This document shows, one piece after another, positions 38,035 through 46,129 of a stretch of 64,000 nt of DNA (within the stretch, counting starts at the first letter, position 1; the number at the start of each line of letters is the position of its first letter). A program made the position numbers and the translations under genes. Source of the DNA: Dehalococcoidia bacterium (GTDB lineage Bacteria; Chloroflexota; Dehalococcoidia; DSTF01; JACRBR01); NCBI GenBank assembly GCA_021731085.1, contig JAKFYB010000015.1, positions 81,745 through 145,744 of the forward strand, written 5' to 3'. The notes beneath the pieces were generated by a model. It saw only the letters and a program-made list of their open reading frames with translations, had not been told where the DNA came from and ran no database searches.

Positions 38035-38913
38035 ATGAAACTCGGATTGCAGATTCCCATCTTCACCTGGCCCGGCGGCGCGCCGGAGATGCGCGACAAG
38101 CTCAAGGAGATAGCCACGACGGCGGAGGACGCCGGCTACGACTCGATCTGGGTGATGGACCACTTCTTCCAGATCCCCATGACCGGGCTGCCGGCAGAGG
38201 CGGACATGCTCGAGGCATACACGACGCTCGGCTACATCGCCGCGCACACGAAGCGCGTCGGGCTTGGCGCGCTCGTCACGGGTGTCACGCACCGGCACCC
38301 GGGCATCCTCGCGAAGCAGGTCTCGACGCTCGACGTGCTCTCGGGCGGACGCGCATGGCTCGGCATCGGCGCCGCCTGGTACGACCGCGAGCATCTCGGT
38401 CTCGGCGTACCGTTCCCGCCGCTGAAGGAGCGCTTCCAGCGCCTCGAAGAAGCGCTCCAAATCTTGAAGCAGATGTGGTCGGGCGAAATCGCGCCGTACG
38501 AAGGCAAGCACTACCAGCTCGCGGAGACCATCAACGTACCGATGCCACTGCGCAAGCCGCACCCGCCCATCCTCATCGGCGGAAGCGGCGAGAAGAAGAC
38601 GCTGCGGCTCGTCGCCAAGTACGCCGATGCGTGCAACCTCTTCGCCGAATCGCCAGCCGCGGTCGAACGGAAACTCAGCATCCTGCGCGAGCACTGCGAA
38701 GCCGTCGGCCGCAACTATGACGACATCACGAAGACCATCATCCGGCCGATGGGCATCGGCGAAGGAAGCTCGCCTGACCAGATAGTGCAGACGCTCGGCG
38801 AGTATGCCGAAGTCGGCGTGCAGACGGTGCTCGGCGTGCTGCTGGGCGTTGAACAGGTCACGCCGATCGAGAAAGTCGGCCGCGACGTCATTCCCCAGAT
38901 CAAAGATTTGTAG
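38035..38913 (+). CDS. LLM-class F420-dependent oxidoreductase (luciferase-like)
   Basis: 292 aa TIM barrel with typical LLM blocks (IWVMDHF, GGSGEKKTLRL). Confidence 0.8.
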   Translation: MKLGLQIPIFTWPGGAPEMRDKLKEIATTAEDAGYDSIWVMDHFFQIPMTGLPAEADMLEAYTTLGYIAAHTKRVGLGALVTGVTHRHPGILAKQVSTLDVLSGGRAWLGIGAAWYDREHLGLGVPFPPLKERFQRLEEALQILKQMWSGEIAPYEGKHYQLAETINVPMPLRKPHPPILIGGSGEKKTLRLVAKYADACNLFAESPAAVERKLSILREHCEAVGRNYDDITKTIIRPMGIGEGSSPDQIVQTLGEYAEVGVQTVLGVLLGVEQVTPIEKVGRDVIPQIKDL

Positions 38914-38938
38914 GCATAACGCACCGAAGGAGAGATAC

Positions 38939-39379
38939 ATGCCAGCGAAGATGACACCCGAGAAGATGAACGAGTTCCTCGACGAGAAACACGTCGGCAT
39001 CATCGTTACGATCAACAATGACGGCACGCCGAACCCGCAGCCGATCTGGTACATGCACCGCGATGGTGCGTTCCTCATGCGCACGAGTGTGAGCAGCGTC
39101 AAGGCGAAGAACATCGCCCGCGACCCGCGCATTAGCATCTGCGTGCAGAACGAGACGTTGCCGTATGGGAGCGTGACCGCGTGGGGCACGGCATCGGTCA
39201 GCGCGAAGGACGATGCCGCGCTCGGACGCGAGATCGCCGTACGGTATCTCGGCGAGAAGAGCGCGGACCGCTACATGCAGCTGTCCGCCGGCAGTCCGGA
39301 GACTGCGGAGGAGATCACGATCACATTGCGGCCAGAGCGCACCTTCTCTCAGGACTACACGGCCGAGGCGAGCGCCTAG
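38939..39379 (+). CDS. PPOX-class (pyridoxamine 5'-phosphate oxidase-like) probable F420-dependent enzyme
   Basis: Split-barrel fold signature; GGAGAG RBS before ATG 38939. Confidence 0.7.
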   Translation: MPAKMTPEKMNEFLDEKHVGIIVTINNDGTPNPQPIWYMHRDGAFLMRTSVSSVKAKNIARDPRISICVQNETLPYGSVTAWGTASVSAKDDAALGREIAVRYLGEKSADRYMQLSAGSPETAEEITITLRPERTFSQDYTAEASA

Positions 39380-39425
39380 ACGCCGGCAAACCCAACCGAC
39401 AGCTGACAACCGACCAGGAGGCATC

Positions 39426-40271
39426 ATGGCTAACGTACTGATCACCGGCACAAGCAGCGGCTTCGGATATCTGATGGCGCTTGAGTTCGCGCGCAAAGGC
39501 GACCGGGTGTTCGCAACGATGCGCAATCTCGACAAAGCGGCGAAGCTCAAGGAAGCCGCGGCGGCCGAGAATCTGTCGATCAGTTTCCTCAAGCTGGACC
39601 TACTCGACGAATCGAGCATCAAGAGCGCGGTCGCGCAGGCGGAGGCCGAGGGCGGCCCGATCAACGTGCTCGTGAACAATGCCGCGATGGAGCTGCGTTC
39701 GTCGATCGAAGACGCGTCGGAGGACGAGGTTCGCAAGCAGTTCGAGACAAATGTCTTCGGGACGCTGCGCGTGATCTGGAACGTCCTGCCCGGCATGCGC
39801 GAGCGTGGCTCCGGCACGATCGTCAATCTGTCGTCGATTGGTGGCATCGTGGCGGTGCCGTTCGCGGGCTACTACAGCGCGTCCAAGCACGCGGTCGAGG
39901 CGATCAGCGAGTCCCTGTACTACGAGGCGAAGCCCTTCGGCGTGCGCGTCATCGTGATCGAGCCGGGGGCGTTCCCGACCGAATTCAGCAGCAACTCCTA
40001 TGAGGCGGCGAAGTTCAACGAGAGCTCGCCGTACGCGAAGAGCGCGGCCGGATTCGCCGCGGCATTCGACCAGGGGCTGCGCGCGCCCGGTGGCGTGCGC
40101 CAGGATCCGGCCGAGGTCGCGCAGGCGGTCTACAAAGCTGTCCACGACGAGACACCGAAGCTGCGGTACACGGTCGGCGGCGACGCTGCACTGATCGCAT
40201 CAGTACGCAAGCAGCTCGACTTCGAAGGCTTCGAGGCGGCGATGCGCCAGACACTGAACTGGCACGACTAG
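39426..40271 (+). CDS. SDR family oxidoreductase
   Basis: ITGTSSGFG, NNAA, YSASK. Confidence 0.85.
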   Translation: MANVLITGTSSGFGYLMALEFARKGDRVFATMRNLDKAAKLKEAAAAENLSISFLKLDLLDESSIKSAVAQAEAEGGPINVLVNNAAMELRSSIEDASEDEVRKQFETNVFGTLRVIWNVLPGMRERGSGTIVNLSSIGGIVAVPFAGYYSASKHAVEAISESLYYEAKPFGVRVIVIEPGAFPTEFSSNSYEAAKFNESSPYAKSAAGFAAAFDQGLRAPGGVRQDPAEVAQAVYKAVHDETPKLRYTVGGDAALIASVRKQLDFEGFEAAMRQTLNWHD

Positions 40272-40308
40272 GCGCCTACTTACGCACGCCTCGCAGTAAA
40301 GTTACGCC

Positions 40309-41289
40309 ATGACTGACACACCACACGCCATCGTCATCGAACAAACCGGAGGGCCGGAGGCTCTCGTCCTGCAGCCGCGCGACCCCGGCCAGCCCGGGCG
40401 CGGGCAGGTGCGCGTCGCGATCAACTCGGTGGGCGTGAACTTCATCGACGTCTACTTCCGGCTCGGCCGCTACCCCGCGCCGATACCGTTTGTGCCCGGC
40501 CTCGAAGGCGCAGGGGTTGTCGAAGCGATCGGCCCCGACGCCGGCGATCTCGTGCCGGGTGATCGCGTCGCGTGGGCGACGGCATTCGGATCGTACGCCA
40601 CCCACGTCATCGCGAAGGCCGATATTCTCGTCCGCATCCCGGATGGCGTCAGCGACGAGATCGCGTCTGCGGCGATGCTGCAGGGCATGACGGCGCACTA
40701 CCTCATCCATGGCTGCCGTGAGACGAAGGCGGGCGACGTGGCACTCGTACACGCGGGTGCAGGCGGCGCGGGCCTACTGCTCACGCAGATGCTCAAGAAC
40801 ATCGGCGCGCGCGTCATCACCACCGTCTCGACGAGTGAGAAGGCCGCACTTTCGCACGGCGCCGGCGCTGACGAAGTCATCCTCTACAACGACATCGACT
40901 TCGTGGCGGAGGTCAAGCGCCTGACCGACGGGCGCGGCGTCGATGTGGTCTACGACGGCGTCGGCGCAACGACGTTCGACGGCAGTCTGCGCTCTCTGCG
41001 TCCGCGCGGACTGATGGCGCTGTACGGCGCGGCGAGCGGGCCGCCACCGCCGTTCGACCCGCAGTTGCTGAACACCCTGGGTTCGCTGTTCCTGACGCGG
41101 CCTACGCTCGCCGCTTACACCGCAACGCGCGAGGAACTGGAGTTGCGGGCTGGAGCCGTGCTTGAAGCGATCGTCGCCGGGAAGCTGGATGTGCGGATCG
41201 GCGCAAGGTTCCCACTTGCGGATGCTGCGGCCGCGCACCGCGCACTCGAAGGGCGAGAGACGACGGGCAAGGTGCTGTTGATTCCGTAG
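40309..41289 (+). CDS. NADPH:quinone oxidoreductase (zeta-crystallin/MDR family)
   Basis: GAGGAG nucleotide-binding motif, 326 aa, no zinc ligands. Confidence 0.85.
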   Translation: MTDTPHAIVIEQTGGPEALVLQPRDPGQPGRGQVRVAINSVGVNFIDVYFRLGRYPAPIPFVPGLEGAGVVEAIGPDAGDLVPGDRVAWATAFGSYATHVIAKADILVRIPDGVSDEIASAAMLQGMTAHYLIHGCRETKAGDVALVHAGAGGAGLLLTQMLKNIGARVITTVSTSEKAALSHGAGADEVILYNDIDFVAEVKRLTDGRGVDVVYDGVGATTFDGSLRSLRPRGLMALYGAASGPPPPFDPQLLNTLGSLFLTRPTLAAYTATREELELRAGAVLEAIVAGKLDVRIGARFPLADAAAAHRALEGRETTGKVLLIP

Positions 41290-41291
41290 TG

Positions 41292-41369
41292 GTGATGTTT
41301 CACGTGAAACATCACGCTAGCGGACGCACACCTGCTGCACGCGGCGACTGAGCGGAGCTGAAGCTCCGC
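41292..41369. repeat. composite palindromic element copy 1: 24-bp perfect palindrome GTGATGTTTCACGTGAAACATCAC (41292-41315) plus 18-bp palindrome GCGGAGCTGAAGCTCCGC (41352-41369)
   Basis: Read directly; lies 60-140 bp upstream of the SDR gene at 41432. Confidence 0.75.
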
Positions 41370-41431
41370 GGCTACTTACTGTTGACGGCGGATCTGCTTT
41401 CGCCGCTACTGGATCAGGGCAGGAGGCCAAG

Positions 41432-42271
41432 GTGACTGACACGATCTCGAAGGCGGTACTGATTACCGGATGTTCGACCGGGATCGGGCGAGCGACGGCG
41501 GAGCGGCTCGGCGGCAAGGGCATGACCGTGTACGCGACGGCGCGGCGCCTGGAGTCGATCGCCGATCTTGAGGCCAAGGGCTGCAAGCTGCTGGCGTGTG
41601 ATGTCACTGATGAATCGTCCATGGTGGCGGCGGTGCGGACGGTCGAGGACGCGCACGGCGCCGTTGGCGTGCTGGTGAACAACGCCGGGTACGCGCAGGA
41701 CGGCCCGATCGAGGAGGTGCCGCTCGATGATGTGCGGCGCCAGTTCGAGACGAATGTGTTCGGGCTGGTGCGGATGACGCAGCTTGTGCTGCCCGCGATG
41801 CGTCGCCAACGATGGGGCCGGGTGATCAACGTGAGCTCCGTCGGCGGGAAGCTCGTGTTTCCCGGCGGCGGCTTCTATCACGCGACGAAGTGGTCGGTCG
41901 AAGCGATCAGTGAGGCGCTGCGGTTCGAGGTGCGGCCGTTCGGCGTGGACGTGGCCGTGATCGAGCCCGGTACGATCGCGACGTCGTACGAGGAGACCTC
42001 GGCGGCGAAATTCGCGGGCGGTAATGACGCGTCCGACTACGCGCAGTTCAAGCGCGACCGGCTGGAGCGCGTGGCCGCTGCCTACGAGGGTAAGGTCGCC
42101 GGGCCCGACGAAGTGGCGAAGGTGATTGGGCACGCGGCGACTGCGTCGAAGCCACGGACGCGTTACGTCGTGACGGCGCAGGCGCGGATGGTGATGTCGC
42201 TGCGGCGGGTGCTGCCGGATCGCGCGTGGGATCGGTTCATAGGCATGCAGTTCAAGCCGCCAAAGGTGTAG
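41432..42271 (+). CDS. SDR family oxidoreductase (paralog of the 39426 gene)
   Basis: ITGCSTGIG, NNAG, YHATK; GTG start after AGGAGG RBS; bracketed by composite palindromic repeats. Confidence 0.85.
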   Translation: MTDTISKAVLITGCSTGIGRATAERLGGKGMTVYATARRLESIADLEAKGCKLLACDVTDESSMVAAVRTVEDAHGAVGVLVNNAGYAQDGPIEEVPLDDVRRQFETNVFGLVRMTQLVLPAMRRQRWGRVINVSSVGGKLVFPGGGFYHATKWSVEAISEALRFEVRPFGVDVAVIEPGTIATSYEETSAAKFAGGNDASDYAQFKRDRLERVAAAYEGKVAGPDEVAKVIGHAATASKPRTRYVVTAQARMVMSLRRVLPDRAWDRFIGMQFKPPKV

Positions 42272-42275
42272 CTGG

Positions 42276-42304
42276 TCAGCCAGTCAGCCAGTCAGCCAGT
42301 CAGG
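42276..42304. repeat. tandem 8-mer (CAGCCAGT) x3.5
   Basis: TCAGCCAGTCAGCCAGTCAGCCAGTCAGG directly after the SDR stop. Confidence 0.7.
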
Positions 42305-42305
42305 G

Positions 42306-42382
42306 GTGATGTTTCACGTGAAACATTCTGCGGGTGCGAGACATCTCCTTTGAGCGACGACTGCGCGGAGCTGAAGCTCCGC
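42306..42382. repeat. composite palindromic element copy 2: GTGATGTTTCACGTGAAACAT (42306-42326) plus GCGGAGCTGAAGCTCCGC (42365-42382)
   Basis: Same two modules with the same ~36-bp spacing, immediately downstream of the same SDR gene. Confidence 0.75.
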
Positions 42383-42467
42383 CGCTACTGATGCCGCCAT
42401 CGCCAGGAAATCCACACGAACCCGTAGACGACGGCATGACGCCCTAGCTGTATGTTGCGCGGGCGTG

Positions 42468-42488
42468 GTGATGTTTCACGTGAAACAT
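42468..42488. repeat. third copy of the GTGATGTTTCACGTGAAACAT palindrome (solo)
   Basis: 120 bp upstream of the FAD-oxidoreductase start. Confidence 0.7.
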
Positions 42489-42608
42489 TGTTGTCGCATT
42501 GGAATATCGAATGTTGATTCTGGCGGGTGCCATTCGAGGCTTGCAGATCGCATTTGCTGGGGCGCGGCGCGCTAGCTTCCGGCTTTCCTCCGGCCTACCC
42601 TGCGCAAT

Positions 42609-43991
42609 GTGAGCGACTACATCACGATGCCTGAACAGCGCGTGCCGGTGATCGCAGCGTGCGATGTGCTGGTGGTGGGTGGCGGCGCGGCGGGGATGTC
42701 GGCGGCGATTGCGGCTGCGCGCCAGGGCGCAGACGTGATTCTTGTCGAGCGGTACGGGTACCTCGGTGGGCTGGCTTCGGGCGGGCTGATCGTGCTGCTG
42801 CTTACGCTCGATGACGGCGACGGCCATCAGATCATCGCCGGGCAGTGCCAGGAGCTGGTCGAGCGGTTGGCGTCGCGAGGGGCCTGCTTCTATCCGCCGG
42901 AGAGCGACTGGGGCAACTACGACGAGGCGCTCGTCGAGAAATACCGGCGCTGGGGGCTCGTGTGGGGCAGTGGGCCGCATCGCGTCCGGTACTCCGTTGC
43001 GTACGACCCGGAGGAGTTCAAGTACGTCGCGAACACGTGGGTCGGCGAGGCGGGGGTGCGGTTGATGTACCACCGGTGGGCGAGCGATGTTGTCTTCGAT
43101 GACGGCGCTGGTGCTGGGACTGCACCTCACCCCCCGGCCCCCTCTCCACGACGTGGAGAGGGCGAGTCGAACGGCGAACAGACGCCCGCGACTGAGAACC
43201 GACGATCGATCTCGCATGTTGTGTTTACGTCGAAGGCGGGGCGCGAGGCGATTCGGGCGTCATGCGTGATCGATACTACTGGTGACGGCGACGTGTTCAC
43301 GATGGCGGGCGAGTCATTCGAGAAGGAGCAGATCCATCCGTGGCTCTGGTTCCGGATGGCGGGCGTACAAGATGTTGACGCGGCACAGGCCGGGCGCGGC
43401 GGGTTCTTCTTCAAGACGGTGAAGGATGGCCAAGTGCTGATGCCGTGGGGTGCGGCCGAACGCATCGAACGGCGCATCGACGCGACGAATCCGGACGACC
43501 TGACGTTCGCGGAGGTTGAGTGCCGGCGGATGGTGATGGACGAGGTCGATCGCCTGCGCGCGCAGGTGCCGGGCTTTGAGGATGCGTATCTCACCGACGT
43601 TGCACTGACGCTGGGCGTGACGGAGTCACGGCGGCTGAACGGCGCGCACACGCTCGTCCGCGATGACGTGGGCACGGTGTTCGAGGACACGATCGCGACG
43701 ACGGGCCACTGGACGAAGTACGGCGCGGTTTACCACATTCCGTATCGCAGCCTGCTGCCGCAGCGCGTAGGCAATTTGCTTGTTGCCGGCCGTTGTATCA
43801 GCGTCGACCATCGAGTGCATCACGCGACGAAGGAGATCCCGCCGGCGTTCGCGACGGGCGAAGCGGCGGGTGTTGCGGCGGTGCAGGCGCTGCGCTCGTC
43901 GGTGGGGGTGGAGGCGGTGGATGTTGGCACACTGCAGGCCTCTTTGCGGGAAGCAGGTGCTTGGTTACCGGAAGGTGGCGCCTCGTCTTGA
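42609..43991 (+). CDS. FAD-dependent oxidoreductase (PF12831-like) carrying an in-frame palindromic repeat insertion
   Basis: VVGGGAAGMSAA FAD dinucleotide-binding motif; residues GTAPHPPAPSPRRGEGES are encoded by the 43118-43173 repeat. Confidence 0.75.
   Translation: MSDYITMPEQRVPVIAACDVLVVGGGAAGMSAAIAAARQGADVILVERYGYLGGLASGGLIVLLLTLDDGDGHQIIAGQCQELVERLASRGACFYPPESDWGNYDEALVEKYRRWGLVWGSGPHRVRYSVAYDPEEFKYVANTWVGEAGVRLMYHRWASDVVFDDGAGAGTAPHPPAPSPRRGEGESNGEQTPATENRRSISHVVFTSKAGREAIRASCVIDTTGDGDVFTMAGESFEKEQIHPWLWFRMAGVQDVDAAQAGRGGFFFKTVKDGQVLMPWGAAERIERRIDATNPDDLTFAEVECRRMVMDEVDRLRAQVPGFEDAYLTDVALTLGVTESRRLNGAHTLVRDDVGTVFEDTIATTGHWTKYGAVYHIPYRSLLPQRVGNLLVAGRCISVDHRVHHATKEIPPAFATGEAAGVAAVQALRSSVGVEAVDVGTLQASLREAGAWLPEGGASS
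43118..43173. repeat. ~56-bp palindromic element copy A, inside the FAD-oxidoreductase CDS (in-frame)
   Basis: GGACTGCACCTCACCCCCCGGCCCCCTCTCCACGACGTGGAGAGGGCGAGTCGAAC; contains inverted repeat CCTCTCCAC/GTGGAGAGG. Confidence 0.7.
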
Positions 43992-44026
43992 TAGGGGGAG
44001 CGACCGTTCAATCATTGCCGCCGGAG

Positions 44027-44890
44027 ATGCTTGCCCGCATACGGCGGCTCGAGATTCATGCGCGGCGGCTTGTCGCGAATGTGTTTCTTGGCCAGTACCA
44101 CAGCGTGTTCAAGGGACGGGGCATCGAGTTCAGCGAGGTGCGACAGTACGAGGCCGGCGACGACGTGCGGATGATCGACTGGAACGTGACGGCGCGGATG
44201 GGCGTGCCGTACGTGAAGCAGTACATCGAGGAGCGCGAGCTCACAGTGCTGCTGGCCGTCGATGTGAGCGCGTCGTCGGGGTTTACGTCGACGGCGGTGT
44301 CCAAGCGCGAGCTCGCAGCAGAGGTCGCGGCGACGCTGGCGTTCGCGGCGGTGTCGAACAACGATCGCGTCGGGCTACTGACGTTCACTGACGGCGTCGA
44401 GCAGTACGTGCCGCCCGGAAAGTCGCGGCGGCATGTGTTGCGGATGGTGCGCGAATTGCTGTACCACGAGCCGCAATCGCGAGGGACTGATATCGGCGCG
44501 GCGCTGACGTATCTTGCACGGATCGCGAAGCGGCGAGCGATCATTTTTCTCATCAGTGACTTCTTCGATACGGGCTGGGAGTCCGCGTTGCGTGCGGCAT
44601 CCTTGCGGCACGAGGTCGTCGCGCTGACTCTGACGGATCCACGCGAGGAACGACTGCCGAGCGCGGGGCTGATCGAGATGGAGGACGCCGAGACTGGCGC
44701 GCGAACGCTCGTCGACACGTCGGATGCGGGCGTACGGGCGACGTACGCGCGGCGAGCGCAGGCGGCCGCGGCGCAGCGTCGGCGGACGTTAGCGGCGATC
44801 GGCGTGGATGAGGTCGCGCTGCGGACGGATCGCTCCTACGTCGAGCCTCTGCTGCGGGCGTTTCGCGCGCGGGAGCTGCGGCGGCGATAG
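44027..44890 (+). CDS. DUF58 (vWA-like fold) family protein
   Basis: GIEFSEVRQYEAGDDVRMIDWNVTAR and VDVSASS motifs characteristic of DUF58; no MoxR ATPase adjacent. Confidence 0.75.
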   Translation: MLARIRRLEIHARRLVANVFLGQYHSVFKGRGIEFSEVRQYEAGDDVRMIDWNVTARMGVPYVKQYIEERELTVLLAVDVSASSGFTSTAVSKRELAAEVAATLAFAAVSNNDRVGLLTFTDGVEQYVPPGKSRRHVLRMVRELLYHEPQSRGTDIGAALTYLARIAKRRAIIFLISDFFDTGWESALRAASLRHEVVALTLTDPREERLPSAGLIEMEDAETGARTLVDTSDAGVRATYARRAQAAAAQRRRTLAAIGVDEVALRTDRSYVEPLLRAFRARELRRR

Positions 44891-44935
44891 GACTTCACGT
44901 CCGCGACACCTGACTCACAACGACTATTCGCGATG

Positions 44936-44993
44936 GCACTGCACCTCACCCCCAAGCCGCCTCTCCACGTTGTGGAGAGGGGGAGCTTGAACC
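44936..44993. repeat. ~58-bp palindromic element copy B, intergenic
   Basis: GGCACTGCACCTCACCCCCAAGCCGCCTCTCCACGTTGTGGAGAGGGGGAGCTTGAAC; about 85 % identical to copy A. Confidence 0.7.
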
Positions 44994-45078
44994 CCTTCGC
45001 GTGCTCCTTCAGTACGCACTGGCCGTCCGGAGCACGCCTCGCTGTAACCATTCGCGCACCACGAGTATGCTTGGCCGC

Positions 45079-46047
45079 ATGAAGATTGTTGTTTCGGAGC
45101 GAGTGGCGAAGGAACACGGTCGGCGCATTCGGGCGGCGGCGCCAGGCGCGAAGCTTGTGTGGCCATCGCTCGATGATGGGGGCGCTGTGCGGTGGGCGGG
45201 CGATCCTGCTGGGGCCGACGTGTGCTTCTTCTCGGAGGACTTCTGGTCGGACCTGACGATGCGGCAGTCGGTGCTGCCGGTGGTGTTTCGGCTCGAAGGA
45301 CTGCGGTGGTTTCACACGTTCAGCGCGGGGACAGATGCTGGCGCGTTCAAGGCGATGGTCGAGCGCGGGACGATACTGACGAACTCATCCGGCGGTTCGG
45401 GTCCATCGATCGCGCAGTATGTGTTGGCGATGATGCTGTACCAGGCCAAGCCGATCGAGCAGTGGCGCGCGCAGCAGGCTCGAGGTGAGTGGACGCAACT
45501 TCCGGCGGGAGAACTGACCGGCCAGACGTGCGGGATCATCGGGACGGGCGCAATCGGCAGCGAAGTAGCGCGCCTCGCGAACGCGTTTGGGATGCGGACG
45601 GTGGGCATGCGGCGTTCGGAGAAGAAGGCGCGGTGGATCGACGAACAGGTCACGCCGAAACGGCTGCCGGCCCTGCTGAAACAGAGCGACTTCGTCGTGC
45701 TGGCGTGTCCGCTGACGCCACAGACCGAGGGCCTGATCGGCGAACGCGAACTGCAGGCGATGAAACCGACGGCGACGCTGATCAATGTTGCGCGCGGGCG
45801 TGTGTGCGTCGAGGGCGCGTTGATCACGGCGCTGCAGGAACAGTGGATTGCGGGCGCCGTGCTCGATGTGTTCACGTTCGAGCCGCTGCCGGAACAGAGC
45901 CCGTTGTGGTCCATGCCGAATGTGATCGTGACACCGCATAACTCAGGGTCATCGCCGCTAAACATGGGACGGGCGTTGGAGATCTTTCTCGACAACCTGG
46001 AGCGTTTTGCGGCGGGTCGGAAGATGCGGAACGTGGTCACGCTGTAG
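45079..46047 (+). CDS. D-isomer-specific 2-hydroxyacid dehydrogenase
   Basis: GIIGTGAIG NAD-binding motif, catalytic RGR..E..H pattern. Confidence 0.8.
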   Translation: MKIVVSERVAKEHGRRIRAAAPGAKLVWPSLDDGGAVRWAGDPAGADVCFFSEDFWSDLTMRQSVLPVVFRLEGLRWFHTFSAGTDAGAFKAMVERGTILTNSSGGSGPSIAQYVLAMMLYQAKPIEQWRAQQARGEWTQLPAGELTGQTCGIIGTGAIGSEVARLANAFGMRTVGMRRSEKKARWIDEQVTPKRLPALLKQSDFVVLACPLTPQTEGLIGERELQAMKPTATLINVARGRVCVEGALITALQEQWIAGAVLDVFTFEPLPEQSPLWSMPNVIVTPHNSGSSPLNMGRALEIFLDNLERFAAGRKMRNVVTL

Positions 46048-46129
46048 GCTTGACACCCGAAGCTGTCAATTTGCTGTGAGTTGACGTGCGCCCGTCGATT
46101 CGCGTTCGGTTCCCGCGTACGATCCTTGT

